Shown here piece after piece: positions 1 to 9,978 of a stretch of DNA of 64,000 nt (the first letter of the stretch is position 1; every line of letters begins with the position of its first letter). The position numbers and the translations under genes were made by a program. Under the pieces are notes generated by a model. The model was not told the DNA's origin. It ran no database searches and was given only the letters and a program-made list of their open reading frames with translations. The stretch spans positions 249,316 to 313,315 of IMG/VR virus record IMGVR_UViG_3300047319_001872; one strand, given 5' to 3'.

Positions 1-738
1 TCGAACACCCTCCTGTCCATGTCAGGGTGGCCGGACCTGGAAGCCCAGACATTCACCGCGCATGAAGGCATATACAAGGAGTCCTTCAGCATCGTGGATA
101 GCGTGGTCGACAGGTATGAGACATACGATATAACCGCCAATTTCCGGAACCTGCCGGGCGATCCTGTCACGTTGATGATGATGTCGTGGCTCTTTTACGA
201 GTCCTACGTCTACCTCGGCGAGCTCGTGCCGTATCCGGACATGCTGATCAATAACGAGATCGATTATCAGACCCGGATTTACCGCCTGGTGATGGACCCG
301 GATAAGCGGCGTGTGCAAGGCATTGCAGCGTGCGGTGCAGGCTTTCCGGTGACCTGTCCGATTGGGGCGAAGTTTAACTTCGAGTCGGATCAGCCGTTGA
401 ATAAGAACATGGATCAAATCAGCGTGACCTTCCGCTGTGCGGGTGCCATGTACAACGACGACATCCTGATTGATGAATTCAACCGGACGCAGGCGCTGCA
501 CAATAACAACATGCACCCGAGTAACTTCTCGGGCTTTGGACAGAATACGACCAATCCGAATTATCGGCTGCTTCAGCTTAACGAGGTGGAGCTCTTTAAC
601 CACACCGGTTATCCACGCATCGACCCGGTCACCTACGAGTTGCAATGGTGGGTCGATAAGACCACTTACGGGCGCATGCTGCCGACACTGAATTACCAGC
701 AGGGGTTGATTCAACGCCTCGCTTCCCCGACGAGCTAA
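1..738 (+). CDS. Conserved phiKZ-like virion structural protein, probably 5'-truncated by the window edge
   Basis: Frame is open from base 1 (SNTLLSM...); ORF track gives 19..738; lies directly upstream of the 969-aa structural gene; product inferred from context. Confidence 0.55.
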   Translation, partial: SNTLLSMSGWPDLEAQTFTAHEGIYKESFSIVDSVVDRYETYDITANFRNLPGDPVTLMMMSWLFYESYVYLGELVPYPDMLINNEIDYQTRIYRLVMDPDKRRVQGIAACGAGFPVTCPIGAKFNFESDQPLNKNMDQISVTFRCAGAMYNDDILIDEFNRTQALHNNNMHPSNFSGFGQNTTNPNYRLLQLNEVELFNHTGYPRIDPVTYELQWWVDKTTYGRMLPTLNYQQGLIQRLASPTS

Positions 739-749
739 AGGAATAGAAC

Positions 750-3659
750 ATGGCTGCAACCATCAGCGCATTGCTCTCGAACATGCAGAACTACCAGAAT
801 AACCCTGCGTTGATTCAGCAGGACATTCTGGACCACCTGGACATAGTCACCAGCGGTGAAGTCAATATCGTCGACCCGTCCAACCCCTTTGTGTTCGGAC
901 TGGAGTCAGCGACCGTGTGCACCGCGGGCATGATGAGCAAGAGCGATACCAATACGCGACGTCAGTATCCGCAGTTGGCACAAACCCCGGAAGACCTGTA
1001 TTACCACATGTCGGACTGGGACTACATCAACCGGTTTGCCGCCCCTTCGGTGGCGCTCTTTTCCTTCATCTTCGATAAGGATGAGTTGATCTCCAAGCTG
1101 GTGACTGACCCCGCGACCGGGGTGTCCCAGATCGTGATCCCACGCAACACCGTGGTGATGATTTCGGGCGTGCAGTTTAGTCTGCAGTACCCGATCGTGA
1201 TTCGCCAGATGCAACACGGTGGTCTGAATGTGACGTATGACGGCAGCGAGCCGTCGCCGTTGCAGGAACTGACCTCCAATGTGATCGACTGGGAAATCCG
1301 CACGGTCAATGGCACGAACTGGCTCTTCTTTGATGTGCCACTGTACCAGTTCAATATCCTGTCCACGCAGCAAGGGGTGGTGCTCGCTACCAAGTGGCAG
1401 ACCACCATCAGCTTTAGCGACCAGTTCTACTATGCTCGCGTGTGGGCTGAAAACAGTGACGGCACCTGGACTGAACTGCTCACGACGCATTCGATCGAAG
1501 TCTACGATCCGACCACGCCGACCGCAGTCCTGCAAGTGGTGAACCAGACGCTCACGGTCACGATTCCGCAGATCTATATCACTAGCGGGCAGGTGAAGAC
1601 GTCGGTGCGGGTGGACCTGTATCAGACCAAGGGCGACATCAACATGGATCTGTCGTCGTATCCGCAGAGCGCCTATTCGGCGAACTGGCTGGCGATCGAT
1701 GCGAACGACAATCTGCCGACCAACTTCTCGGCACCGCTGAAGGGCTTTAACCAGCTGGCGATCTGGTCCAATGATCGGACCGTGGATGGCAATAACGGGC
1801 TGACGTTCAGTCAGCTGCGTCAGCGCGTGATGACCAACTCGACCGGTGCGCAGAACCTGCCGATCACCAACGTGCAGGTGCAAGCGGCATTGCAGAACAT
1901 CGGCTACGATGTGGTCGAGAATGTGGATAACATCACCAACCGGGTGTTCCTGGCCACACGTGCGATGCCGGACCCGACCAACCCGGCCTTGATTACGTCT
2001 GCGGCGGCTTCGATCGAGACACTCTCGACGACACTTACCGCGCTGACGACACTCGAGTCGGTGATCAATAACGGTAACTCACTCACGATCACGCCGGACA
2101 CCATCTACCAGAGCACCAGTGGTGTGGTGAGCGCGGTGCCCACCGCAGCTGTGAAAGCGTTGCTGGCTCTGCCACCGGATCAACGGGCACTGGCTGTCAC
2201 CAAAGGGCAGTACTTCTACTCACCCTGGCATTACGTGCTGGATAACACGGGACCGGAGTTTGAAGTGCGCCCGTACTATTTGGATGCGCCGCTCGCGGAC
2301 ACCACGTTCTTTGTCTCGGAGAATGATACGACGCTCTTGCAAGTGAGCACCAAGAGCTACCAGATCACCAAGAACGCTGACGGCTCAGGCTATACGCTCA
2401 CGATCAGTACGTCGTCCAACGATGGCTGGAAAGCCCTGGCCGATGACAAGGTGTATGTGCAGCTCGCTTACATCCCGGAAGGCGAGAGCGGGTATGCTTA
2501 CCTGATGGGCACGCTGGTCGGGACCAACACCAGCACCAACGAGCGGACCTTCTCGTTTGATCTGTCGTCGAACTTCAATGTCGACTCCAACGACATGTTG
2601 CAGTTGAAGAAGTTCCTGATGTACACGACCGATCCGATGCTCACTGCCTGTAGTCTCACGCAAACGTTCGAGATTCTGTACGCCGCGGACGCTGTGATGG
2701 ATACGCAGTGGAAGCCGGGTGAGATCGACGCGATGCTCGGCATGTTCCTCTTGCCTGCAACCGCGGTGGGTGTGACGCACGAGCAAATCCGCGTGAAGTT
2801 CGGCTCTTCGTTGACGACACTCTGGGCATCGACGCGTACGGTGAATGATGCGGTCACCTATCGGACTTGGCCGATGGACGTGCTCTCGTACTACACGAAC
2901 GATGTGTATGGCGACCCGGCGGTGACGATTGTCAATGGTCAGCTGGTGCAAAACATCGTGCACCGTGCAGGCGACCCGGTGATTAATCCGGCAACGGGCC
3001 AACAGGTCTTGCTGCATGCGACAGGCGATGTGATGAGGGACGTGGATGGCAAGCCGATTCCGATCGGCACGCAAGACACTCTGCGTCAGATTGACCTGAT
3101 GTTGCTTGAAGGCGTGTACTGGTTCGCTACCGATGCGATTGCCACGGGCTACCGCACTGAGCTGGTGGATACGGTACTCGCCTGGTTGACGGAAGACCTG
3201 GTGAGCTTCCAGGCGAGGTTGCTGGAGCAGACCCGTATCTACTTCTATCCGAAGGCGACCACGGGGAACATCAACGTGATGATCAACGGGGGCTTGAAAA
3301 CCACCGTCGCAGCTGGTCAGTCGTTTAAGATCACGCTCTATGTTCCGGCTTCCGTCTACAGCAACAGCGATCTGCAGAATCAACTGGTCAAGACCACGAT
3401 CAGCACGATCTCGACGCAGCTGGAGAATGCAACCGTCGCCGATTCGGCGCTGAAGGTAGCGCTGATGAAGATCTACGGCGAGGATGTGATTGACTGTGAA
3501 GTCGCGGGTCTGGGTGGCTCGGGCTCGATCTCGGTGATGACGGTGATTGATGCATCGAACAAGCTCAGCATCCGTAAGCGTCTCTTTGCCCAGTCGGATA
3601 ACAGTCTGATTGTTCAGGAAGACGTGAGCGTCAACTTCATCCAGCATCAGCTGAGCTAA
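750..3659 (+). CDS. Large virion structural protein, possibly baseplate wedge-like (969 aa)
   Basis: AAGGA RBS; beta-rich T/S/V/N composition; 'GLTFSQLRQRV...PITNVQ' resembles the baseplate J/gp6-type 'ESxxxLRxR...vT..D' segment (inference). Confidence 0.6.
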   Translation: MAATISALLSNMQNYQNNPALIQQDILDHLDIVTSGEVNIVDPSNPFVFGLESATVCTAGMMSKSDTNTRRQYPQLAQTPEDLYYHMSDWDYINRFAAPSVALFSFIFDKDELISKLVTDPATGVSQIVIPRNTVVMISGVQFSLQYPIVIRQMQHGGLNVTYDGSEPSPLQELTSNVIDWEIRTVNGTNWLFFDVPLYQFNILSTQQGVVLATKWQTTISFSDQFYYARVWAENSDGTWTELLTTHSIEVYDPTTPTAVLQVVNQTLTVTIPQIYITSGQVKTSVRVDLYQTKGDINMDLSSYPQSAYSANWLAIDANDNLPTNFSAPLKGFNQLAIWSNDRTVDGNNGLTFSQLRQRVMTNSTGAQNLPITNVQVQAALQNIGYDVVENVDNITNRVFLATRAMPDPTNPALITSAAASIETLSTTLTALTTLESVINNGNSLTITPDTIYQSTSGVVSAVPTAAVKALLALPPDQRALAVTKGQYFYSPWHYVLDNTGPEFEVRPYYLDAPLADTTFFVSENDTTLLQVSTKSYQITKNADGSGYTLTISTSSNDGWKALADDKVYVQLAYIPEGESGYAYLMGTLVGTNTSTNERTFSFDLSSNFNVDSNDMLQLKKFLMYTTDPMLTACSLTQTFEILYAADAVMDTQWKPGEIDAMLGMFLLPATAVGVTHEQIRVKFGSSLTTLWASTRTVNDAVTYRTWPMDVLSYYTNDVYGDPAVTIVNGQLVQNIVHRAGDPVINPATGQQVLLHATGDVMRDVDGKPIPIGTQDTLRQIDLMLLEGVYWFATDAIATGYRTELVDTVLAWLTEDLVSFQARLLEQTRIYFYPKATTGNINVMINGGLKTTVAAGQSFKITLYVPASVYSNSDLQNQLVKTTISTISTQLENATVADSALKVALMKIYGEDVIDCEVAGLGGSGSISVMTVIDASNKLSIRKRLFAQSDNSLIVQEDVSVNFIQHQLS

Positions 3660-3661
3660 TC

Positions 3662-3946
3662 ATGGATACGGAACTCAAACCTGTGTTCGTGAAGACGATG
3701 CCACCGGAGTTGGAGCAGGGCGTGCTTTACGTGTCAGAGGAGTACGAGCTGGCGATCCATCTGTGTGCGTGCGGGTGGTGCAAAGAAAAGACCGTGACAC
3801 CGTTCAAAGACTTCCCGAACGATCGCGGCTGGACCTACGCACGGGACGCAGAGGATCGCGTGACGTTGCATCCTTCCATCGGGAATTTCCAGATGCCTTG
3901 CAAATCGCACTACTGGGTGCGGGAGAACAAGATCGTCTGGTGTTAA
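3662..3946 (+). CDS. DUF6527-like small Cys/His protein
   Basis: 'PPELEQGVLYVS...AIHLCACG...VTP...W...TLHPSIGN...CKSHYWVR...IVW' matches the DUF6527 pattern as recalled. Confidence 0.7.
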   Translation: MDTELKPVFVKTMPPELEQGVLYVSEEYELAIHLCACGWCKEKTVTPFKDFPNDRGWTYARDAEDRVTLHPSIGNFQMPCKSHYWVRENKIVWC

Positions 3947-3986
3947 CGGCATAAGGCCCAGGGGGAAACCCCTGGGCTCTATGACG
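3947..3986. terminator. Hairpin between convergent genes, flanked by CGGCATA / TATGACG
   Basis: gcccagggg-gaaa-cccctgggc inverted repeat. Confidence 0.75.
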
Positions 3987-3989
3987 CGT

Positions 3990-5507
3990 TTACGAGGCTT
4001 TGAAGAGGTTCTTCACCGCACTGGCAGCGTGGCGTTGCCGCATGCGCTCAGCCTGCTTAGCGAGCGCCTGGATGGCTTCTGGGGCCTTGCTGTCATGCGA
4101 GGACACTTCCAGGTCCCGATAGATCGCTACCGCAAGTCGATAAGCAAAACCGGTCACGCGGGCCGCCATGGTTTCCACGATGGAACGGTACGCATTCATG
4201 CGGTTTGCAATCATCGACAGGTCGCGCACATCCTGACGCACCGAGTCCAGCGCTTCACGCATTTCCGAGGCCATCGAGTGCTCCGGCATGTCTTCGGCGC
4301 CATCGGTCAAGATATTGCCAATCCCGACTTCGAGCAGATCCAGCCACTTCTCGATGGTGAGCAAGCGAAAAGCGACATCCCGGCCGGTTTCGATCAGCTT
4401 CTTGGTCGGTCCCGTCGAAAGGGCTTGCGCCATCGAAGCGAACACCATCTCAAACGAAAGCGCCAGATGCGGCTCGCCTTCGCTGGCCTGCAGGTAGATG
4501 TGGTTGTAGTTCGACGCCACATCCTGCAGATTCATCTGACGACCCTGAAAGCTCACCTGCACGCGCTGGTTCAGCACATCCAACGTGCGGCCTGCGATGA
4601 GCTGATCGGCAAACGAGGTCGAGCCCTTATTGGCCAACACGCCCGAGAGCGCGGTAGCTTTCTGGTTCATCACCGAGAGCGCTTGCTCCATGGTGTCAAC
4701 GAGGGCTTCGGTGGCTTGTGACCACGGACCGTTATCAACGATGTCGTGAAAGATCGGGTTACGACCTTCCATGAACTGACGCACTTCGTCACTGGCTTCG
4801 GTGTCGTACAGATAGTGCGCGACCAGCTTATCGAAGTCACTGACATGTTGGCTCTGGCCGTGCTGGTCTTTCAACTCGACGCCGCGTTTGATTTCCTTTA
4901 CGGCGGCTGAGGCGAGGCTCTTGAGCTCCTCCAGATCCTTGACGATCTCGTCGGCGCGGTACTCCTGCTGCTTGGCGGACTGCGTGACTTCTGCCAGGAT
5001 CTGCTCATTGGACTTGCTCATGAGCTTTTCGTTCGGGTCCCGCGAACCCACGAGCCAGAGCACGAAGCGCCGGATCATTTCGCGAATGCGCCGAATGAGA
5101 TCGGCGAAGGTGCTCTTCAGCTTATCCCACAGCGACTCCATCGCGGGCTTGTAGCGCGTGAGGGTGGGTGACTTGCTGTAGTAGTTCAGGTGCTTATTGC
5201 CGTCGAACTCGGGGTAAAGACGCTTGGCTTCCTGGGCGAAAGACTGGTTCATACCGCCGACCTTTTTCAGGTCGGCGAGTACGTACTGGAGATCTTCCAG
5301 GCAGGCGGACTCCGCCGCGATGATCCTCAGGTCGTCTTTGAGCTCGGGCACTTCACCCGGCACGACTTCCTTAAAGATGTCATGCGCGGTGAGCTCATCC
5401 ATGACGGCCACATCAGGCAAAGACTTCACCTCAACGATGTCATCGCCAAGCGTTGCTTCTTCGTCGAGTTCGACCCCGTGATTGAGGCCGAATTCCGACA
5501 GGTCCAT
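3990..5507 (-). CDS. Internal head (ejection-type) protein with acidic propeptide (505 aa)
   Basis: Start moved to ATG 5507 (TAATG overlap with upstream stop); acidic N-terminus; 'AME/SLWDKLK' fits the S/A/G-X-E prohead-protease site plus amphipathic helix typical of phiKZ head proteins. Confidence 0.65.
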   Translation of the reverse strand: MDLSEFGLNHGVELDEEATLGDDIVEVKSLPDVAVMDELTAHDIFKEVVPGEVPELKDDLRIIAAESACLEDLQYVLADLKKVGGMNQSFAQEAKRLYPEFDGNKHLNYYSKSPTLTRYKPAMESLWDKLKSTFADLIRRIREMIRRFVLWLVGSRDPNEKLMSKSNEQILAEVTQSAKQQEYRADEIVKDLEELKSLASAAVKEIKRGVELKDQHGQSQHVSDFDKLVAHYLYDTEASDEVRQFMEGRNPIFHDIVDNGPWSQATEALVDTMEQALSVMNQKATALSGVLANKGSTSFADQLIAGRTLDVLNQRVQVSFQGRQMNLQDVASNYNHIYLQASEGEPHLALSFEMVFASMAQALSTGPTKKLIETGRDVAFRLLTIEKWLDLLEVGIGNILTDGAEDMPEHSMASEMREALDSVRQDVRDLSMIANRMNAYRSIVETMAARVTGFAYRLAVAIYRDLEVSSHDSKAPEAIQALAKQAERMRQRHAASAVKNLFKAS

Positions 5508-5962
5508 TACGCGTGCTCCGTCACCGAGATGATGGTCATCGCTTCGCGCACGAGATTGAAGATCTCGTCCTTGTGGTCGTTGACGAACTGGTGCATGTCG
5601 TCCGCAAGCCAGAGCGTAGCACCCGCCCAGCAATCGACGAAGCCGAGCTTGGCTTCCACGTTATACTGCAGGCCCGGATAAGCCGCCGAGTAACGCAGCA
5701 GCCAGAAAGCGCGCATGGCTTCACGGCAGTAGCGCGTGTCGAACACCACTTCTTCGTTGAAGTCCGCGATGTAGTTCGAGGCACCCAGTGCGACTTGGGT
5801 GAGGAAGTAGTTGCTCGGTTCGACTTCGAGCGCCAGCGACGGCAGGCCCAGCTTGTTGGCAATCGCGATACCGACGGCTGCGCCGATAATCTTGCCGCGC
5901 TCGCTCGGGTCCTTGATATAGGTGTCGGCGTAGCGGGAGAAGCCCAGAAACTTGATGTCCAT
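5507..5962 (-). CDS. Hypothetical, probable virion protein (151 aa)
   Basis: Translationally coupled within the head-protein operon. Confidence 0.6.
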   Translation of the reverse strand: MDIKFLGFSRYADTYIKDPSERGKIIGAAVGIAIANKLGLPSLALEVEPSNYFLTQVALGASNYIADFNEEVVFDTRYCREAMRAFWLLRYSAAYPGLQYNVEAKLGFVDCWAGATLWLADDMHQFVNDHKDEIFNLVREAMTIISVTEHA

Positions 5963-5986
5963 GTTATTCAGTCCAGTGACAGAGGG

Positions 5987-7300
5987 TTAAAACAGTGTCT
6001 TGAGTTCCGCTGACTTGACAAACAAGTCATTGGCGGCGAGGGTTTCCAGTTCTTGCTGGAGCTTCTCTTGCTTCAGACGATTGCGCTTCTCGCCCGAGAG
6101 GAAGTTACCGAGGATGTCAAAGAGCTGGAAGCGATCCTTCACGGTGGCGAGCAGCTTGTCCACCGCGACGATGTCTTCCTTGATGCGTACGGCCAGTTCC
6201 TTGGCGAGATCGCGGTCTTTGAGTTGCTCGACCAGCTGATCGCGAATGCGCTTCAGACGCACACCCGGTCGATCGTAGATGGGGTCACCCGGACCATCGG
6301 CGCAGATCCAGGCCCACAGGAAGAAGACCGGCACCAGGATCGCCCCCACCAGCGGGGTGACTGCCATCCAGAGCGTACCCAACAGCATCAGCACCTTGAT
6401 GGACTCCAGCATCACGTACATGCCGGTGGAGCGCACCGAAATGTCCCCCACCAAATGGTGGACCTTATCGAGCGAGGTGATCAGATCACGCTGAGCGCCA
6501 TGGCGCGCGGCAAACTGGTCAGCGAGTTGCTCCCAGTTATTGAAGTCGTACAGCTCCGAGCCGATTTCCGAGCGGGCGTTCTTGGTGATTTCCTGGATGA
6601 TCACCACCGTGGCGGTTTTGCCGCCAGCGGTTTGGGCGAGTTCCTTCATGGTGGTCTCGTCCAGGTTCAGCGCCCGTGCTGCCGAGATGAGGACGAGTTC
6701 GCGATCACCCACGTCGGTACTTTCGTCCAGTCCCTTGGCCACCCCTGCCAGCACCTGATTGGTGGTGACCGAATGCCACAGGTATTCGAAGCCCGTGAAG
6801 AGATGGCCGAGCTCATGCAGGGTAATCGCCGAGAGTTCAGCGGCAGTAAAACCACCACCGGCAAACTTGCCCGAGACCCACCAGTCCGACATGTTCACGA
6901 GACACTCCATCTCGCTGAATACGCCCGACACCGTGCTCTTGGCCAGATTCACCGAACCACGGATCGCGCCGCCCGCTTTCTCGATCATCTTGAGCGAGGG
7001 GGCATTGGTGTACCATTCGCGATACACGTTGTGGATGAGCGGGTTGTTCTTGTCGACGGTGGGGGGCAGGCAGTAGGCGCCGCCGTCGTCCATCGTGAAC
7101 TTGACCTTGATGCCGGTGCGCTTGAAGAGCAAGTCCTCGATGGCGATGGCTTCTTTCGAGGCAGCCATCGCCTTGGTGTCGAGCTTTTTCATCGCCTCGT
7201 AGAGGGCGGTGAGCTCTTTGTGCAGGCTGTCGTCCTGGAACTCGATCATCTCGAGTGCGGCCTGATTTTTGACCGTCAAAAGTTGAGATTGACTCTTCAT
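5987..7300 (-). CDS. Probable virion protein with M48-like zinc metallopeptidase motifs and a membrane segment
   Basis: HELGH (HExxH), downstream 'EQLADQFA' (ExxAD), hydrophobic stretch 'VLMLLGTLWMAVTPLVGAILVPVFFLWAWI', N-terminal 'ALE' site. Confidence 0.65.
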   Translation of the reverse strand: MKSQSQLLTVKNQAALEMIEFQDDSLHKELTALYEAMKKLDTKAMAASKEAIAIEDLLFKRTGIKVKFTMDDGGAYCLPPTVDKNNPLIHNVYREWYTNAPSLKMIEKAGGAIRGSVNLAKSTVSGVFSEMECLVNMSDWWVSGKFAGGGFTAAELSAITLHELGHLFTGFEYLWHSVTTNQVLAGVAKGLDESTDVGDRELVLISAARALNLDETTMKELAQTAGGKTATVVIIQEITKNARSEIGSELYDFNNWEQLADQFAARHGAQRDLITSLDKVHHLVGDISVRSTGMYVMLESIKVLMLLGTLWMAVTPLVGAILVPVFFLWAWICADGPGDPIYDRPGVRLKRIRDQLVEQLKDRDLAKELAVRIKEDIVAVDKLLATVKDRFQLFDILGNFLSGEKRNRLKQEKLQQELETLAANDLFVKSAELKTLF

Positions 7301-7395
7301 GATTTCCCTAGGGTGATTTCATCAATAATCAGAAAATACCGAAGGCGGCCATCTTCTGACGTGAATGTCATAGAAATGAAGCCGCCGGAGCGAAC

Positions 7396-7713
7396 ATGCT
7401 ACAAATGTTGTTGGAATGGTTGCGTAGTCTGCCACTGGATCAGTGCAATGCCTGTCTGGAACTCGCGGGGGCGGGGCTTCGGATGCTGGACTGTTACCGG
7501 CTCTACCAAGCCAAACGATTCGTAGGAGGATCGATTTTTACGGCCCTGTTCTTTTTTGGCTGGGGCATGTTCAATGTGGTGTATTATCCGTCGTTGCACC
7601 AGGTCTATAGCTTTGCGGCAGCCCTTGCGCTGACAGCTGTGAACGGCCTGTGGATTGTGATGGCGGTGTTTTATAATTGGCGTTACAACAAACAACAGGG
7701 TCTATCAGCATGA
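7396..7713 (+). CDS. Small 3-TM membrane protein (PQ-loop/SemiSWEET-like topology)
   Basis: Three hydrophobic segments in 105 aa; GGAG RBS; ATGA overlap with the next gene. Confidence 0.6.
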   Translation: MLQMLLEWLRSLPLDQCNACLELAGAGLRMLDCYRLYQAKRFVGGSIFTALFFFGWGMFNVVYYPSLHQVYSFAAALALTAVNGLWIVMAVFYNWRYNKQQGLSA

Positions 7714-9683
7714 GCGAAGCTACGAACCTTCAGGCAGCGGAAAAGCCGATCGGCTACGAATGCCGGTTCGCTGTGTATTGCCCGCCGCAAAATGGCAGTG
7801 AAGATGACTGGCATTTGGTAAAAGAAATCGCCCACTATGCCCCGAGCCCGGCGCATCCTGAAGGGCGTCGCGAACCGCGCACACGGCTCGTGAAGAATTA
7901 CACGTATCCCTTCTACGTTACCAAGAAGGGCGGTCGTAACCACGAGCAGAAGAAAGAGTGGGAAGAGCTCACCATGCTCGATCGCTTTGAGTCCACCCGC
8001 AGTAAGCGCGATCGGGCAATTGCCAAAGCCCTCGGCATGGGTTGGTTCCAGGGTGACCCGCGTCAGTTAGCCCGCAGTCCTTACCTGTACGGCTCGGACA
8101 TTCTGTCGACCGCGGTGCTCAAGAAGACGTATCAGCAGAAGTGGCCTAACCTGATGTCCGGGTATTCGGTGGCCTGCTTCGATACGGAAAAGGATGTCGT
8201 CTACGGCACTGAAGAAATCAACATGGCGACGCTCTCCTTCGGCAAGAAGGTGTTCACCGCTGTGCAGAAGTCGTTCGTGGAAGGGCTCTCGAATGTACAA
8301 GAGCGCGCCCACGAGACCTTCAAGAAGTATCTGTCCGCGATTGACATGAAGGACAAGAAGGGTGAACCGATCACGGTAGACGTGATTGAGAAGCGCGGGC
8401 TCGAGTGGGAACTCGTTATCGTGGATCGCGAGATCGACGTGATTGTCGAGTGCATGAAGAAAGCGCATGAGTGGAAGCCCGACTTCGTGGCGATCTGGAA
8501 CATCGACTTCGACATGCAGATGATGGTCAAGGCGTGTGAGCGTGCCGGTTACGATCCCGCCCACATCTTCAGTGATCCGTCGGTGCCGCCTGCGTTTCGG
8601 CACTTTAAGTACAAGCAAGGTCAGAAGCAGAAGAAGACGGCTTCGGGCAAGCTCACGCCGATTAAACCGGCTGACCAGTGGCACAGTGTCTTTACCCCGT
8701 CGTCGTTTTACTTCATTGACGCGATGTGCGTGTACCGGAAGATCCGAATTGCCAAAGGGGAAGAACCGTCCTACGCCCTGGATGCGATTCTGGATAAGAT
8801 CCTCGGGGCGCGCAAGCTCAAGTTCAAAGAAGCCGAGCAGTACACCAAGCTGGAATGGCACCAGTTCATGCAGCTGAACTTCAAGCTCGAGTATATCGTC
8901 TACAACGTGTTTGACTGCGTGTCGATGGAAATGCTCGATGAGACCACGCTCGACTTACAGGTGGCCTTGCCCGGTGGTTCAGGTTGTTCGGACTTCAGCA
9001 ACTTTAAGAGCCAGCCGCGTCGTACGGTGGATGACTTGCATTACTTTGCGCTCGATTTGGGCTTAGTGATTGGGTCGACCTCCGATGAGATGCAAGTCGA
9101 TCTGGATAAGCTGACGCTCGGCCTGGAAAACTGGATCGTCACCTTGCCTGCGCATTTGGTGGCGGACAACGGACTCAAGCTGATCGAGGAGTATCCGGAA
9201 CTGCGTACCAACATCCGCGTGCACGTGGCGGACTTGGACGTGTCGGCGTCGTACCCGAATGGCGAGGTGGTGTTTAACATTGGCAAGTGTACCACCAAGA
9301 AGGAACTGTGTCGGATCGAAGGAGTACCCGAACAGTTGCAACGTGCGCAGGGTATTAACTTGTCGGGCGGTCACACCAACGCGGTCGAGTTCTGTGTGGA
9401 CTTGTATGGGTTGCCTCACATGGAACAGTGGCTTACCGCCTTCCGTCAAAGTCGTGGGATTCCAGTGGTGCGGGATGCCCTGGAGGATGCAGACCTCGCC
9501 AAGATCCAAGCCTGGATTGCACGTGGTGAAACGCTGAATCCGGTGGAACACCTGCCGAATCAGAAGCGTCTGGAAATGACCTTGCCGGGTGCACACCGTG
9601 AGCTGGATGCCGATGGCAACTGGATCGACCTGACAGGCGTTGACGGCGAAGAAGGCACGGCACTGCAACTCGAGCTGGCATAA
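7710..9683 (+). CDS. Family B DNA polymerase, 3'-5' exonuclease plus motif A subunit (phiKZ gp82-like)
   Basis: ExoI FDTEKD, ExoII WNIDFD, ExoIII YNVFD, PolB motif A DLDVSASYP; motifs B and C absent; start at ATG 7710 (ATGA overlap). Confidence 0.85.
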   Translation: MSEATNLQAAEKPIGYECRFAVYCPPQNGSEDDWHLVKEIAHYAPSPAHPEGRREPRTRLVKNYTYPFYVTKKGGRNHEQKKEWEELTMLDRFESTRSKRDRAIAKALGMGWFQGDPRQLARSPYLYGSDILSTAVLKKTYQQKWPNLMSGYSVACFDTEKDVVYGTEEINMATLSFGKKVFTAVQKSFVEGLSNVQERAHETFKKYLSAIDMKDKKGEPITVDVIEKRGLEWELVIVDREIDVIVECMKKAHEWKPDFVAIWNIDFDMQMMVKACERAGYDPAHIFSDPSVPPAFRHFKYKQGQKQKKTASGKLTPIKPADQWHSVFTPSSFYFIDAMCVYRKIRIAKGEEPSYALDAILDKILGARKLKFKEAEQYTKLEWHQFMQLNFKLEYIVYNVFDCVSMEMLDETTLDLQVALPGGSGCSDFSNFKSQPRRTVDDLHYFALDLGLVIGSTSDEMQVDLDKLTLGLENWIVTLPAHLVADNGLKLIEEYPELRTNIRVHVADLDVSASYPNGEVVFNIGKCTTKKELCRIEGVPEQLQRAQGINLSGGHTNAVEFCVDLYGLPHMEQWLTAFRQSRGIPVVRDALEDADLAKIQAWIARGETLNPVEHLPNQKRLEMTLPGAHRELDADGNWIDLTGVDGEEGTALQLELA

Positions 9684-9700
9684 AGCCAAAAAAAAAGAGA

Positions 9701-9740
9701 TGACATACTGCCCTCCCCGTAACGGGGAGGGCTTATGCCG
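9701..9740. terminator. Hairpin between convergent genes, followed by TATGCCG
   Basis: gccctccccgt-a-acggggagggc; A-tract upstream on + (U-tract on -). Confidence 0.75.
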
Positions 9741-9743
9741 CCG

Positions 9744-9977
9744 TTAGCCGACGACTGTCACCCAGCTTCTGCCTTCGCGGGTAATAACGTGGTTGTTCAC
9801 GTCCGTGTGGTCGAGGCTGCCATCGATGAGGCAGAGCACTTGGTCTCGTCCGAGGATGGTGATTTCACCCGCGTGACCGCTTTCCATGCTTGTTCCTGCG
9901 ATGATGATGCCGTGCTTCTTGCACACCTCAGCGATCTCGAGGATCGCTGTTTGAAGTTCTGCTTGGGTCTTTGCCAT
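9744..9977 (-). CDS. Hypothetical protein (77 aa)
   Basis: AAGGAG RBS before ATG 9977. Confidence 0.6.
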   Translation of the reverse strand: MAKTQAELQTAILEIAEVCKKHGIIIAGTSMESGHAGEITILGRDQVLCLIDGSLDHTDVNNHVITREGRSWVTVVG

Positions 9978-9978
9978 C

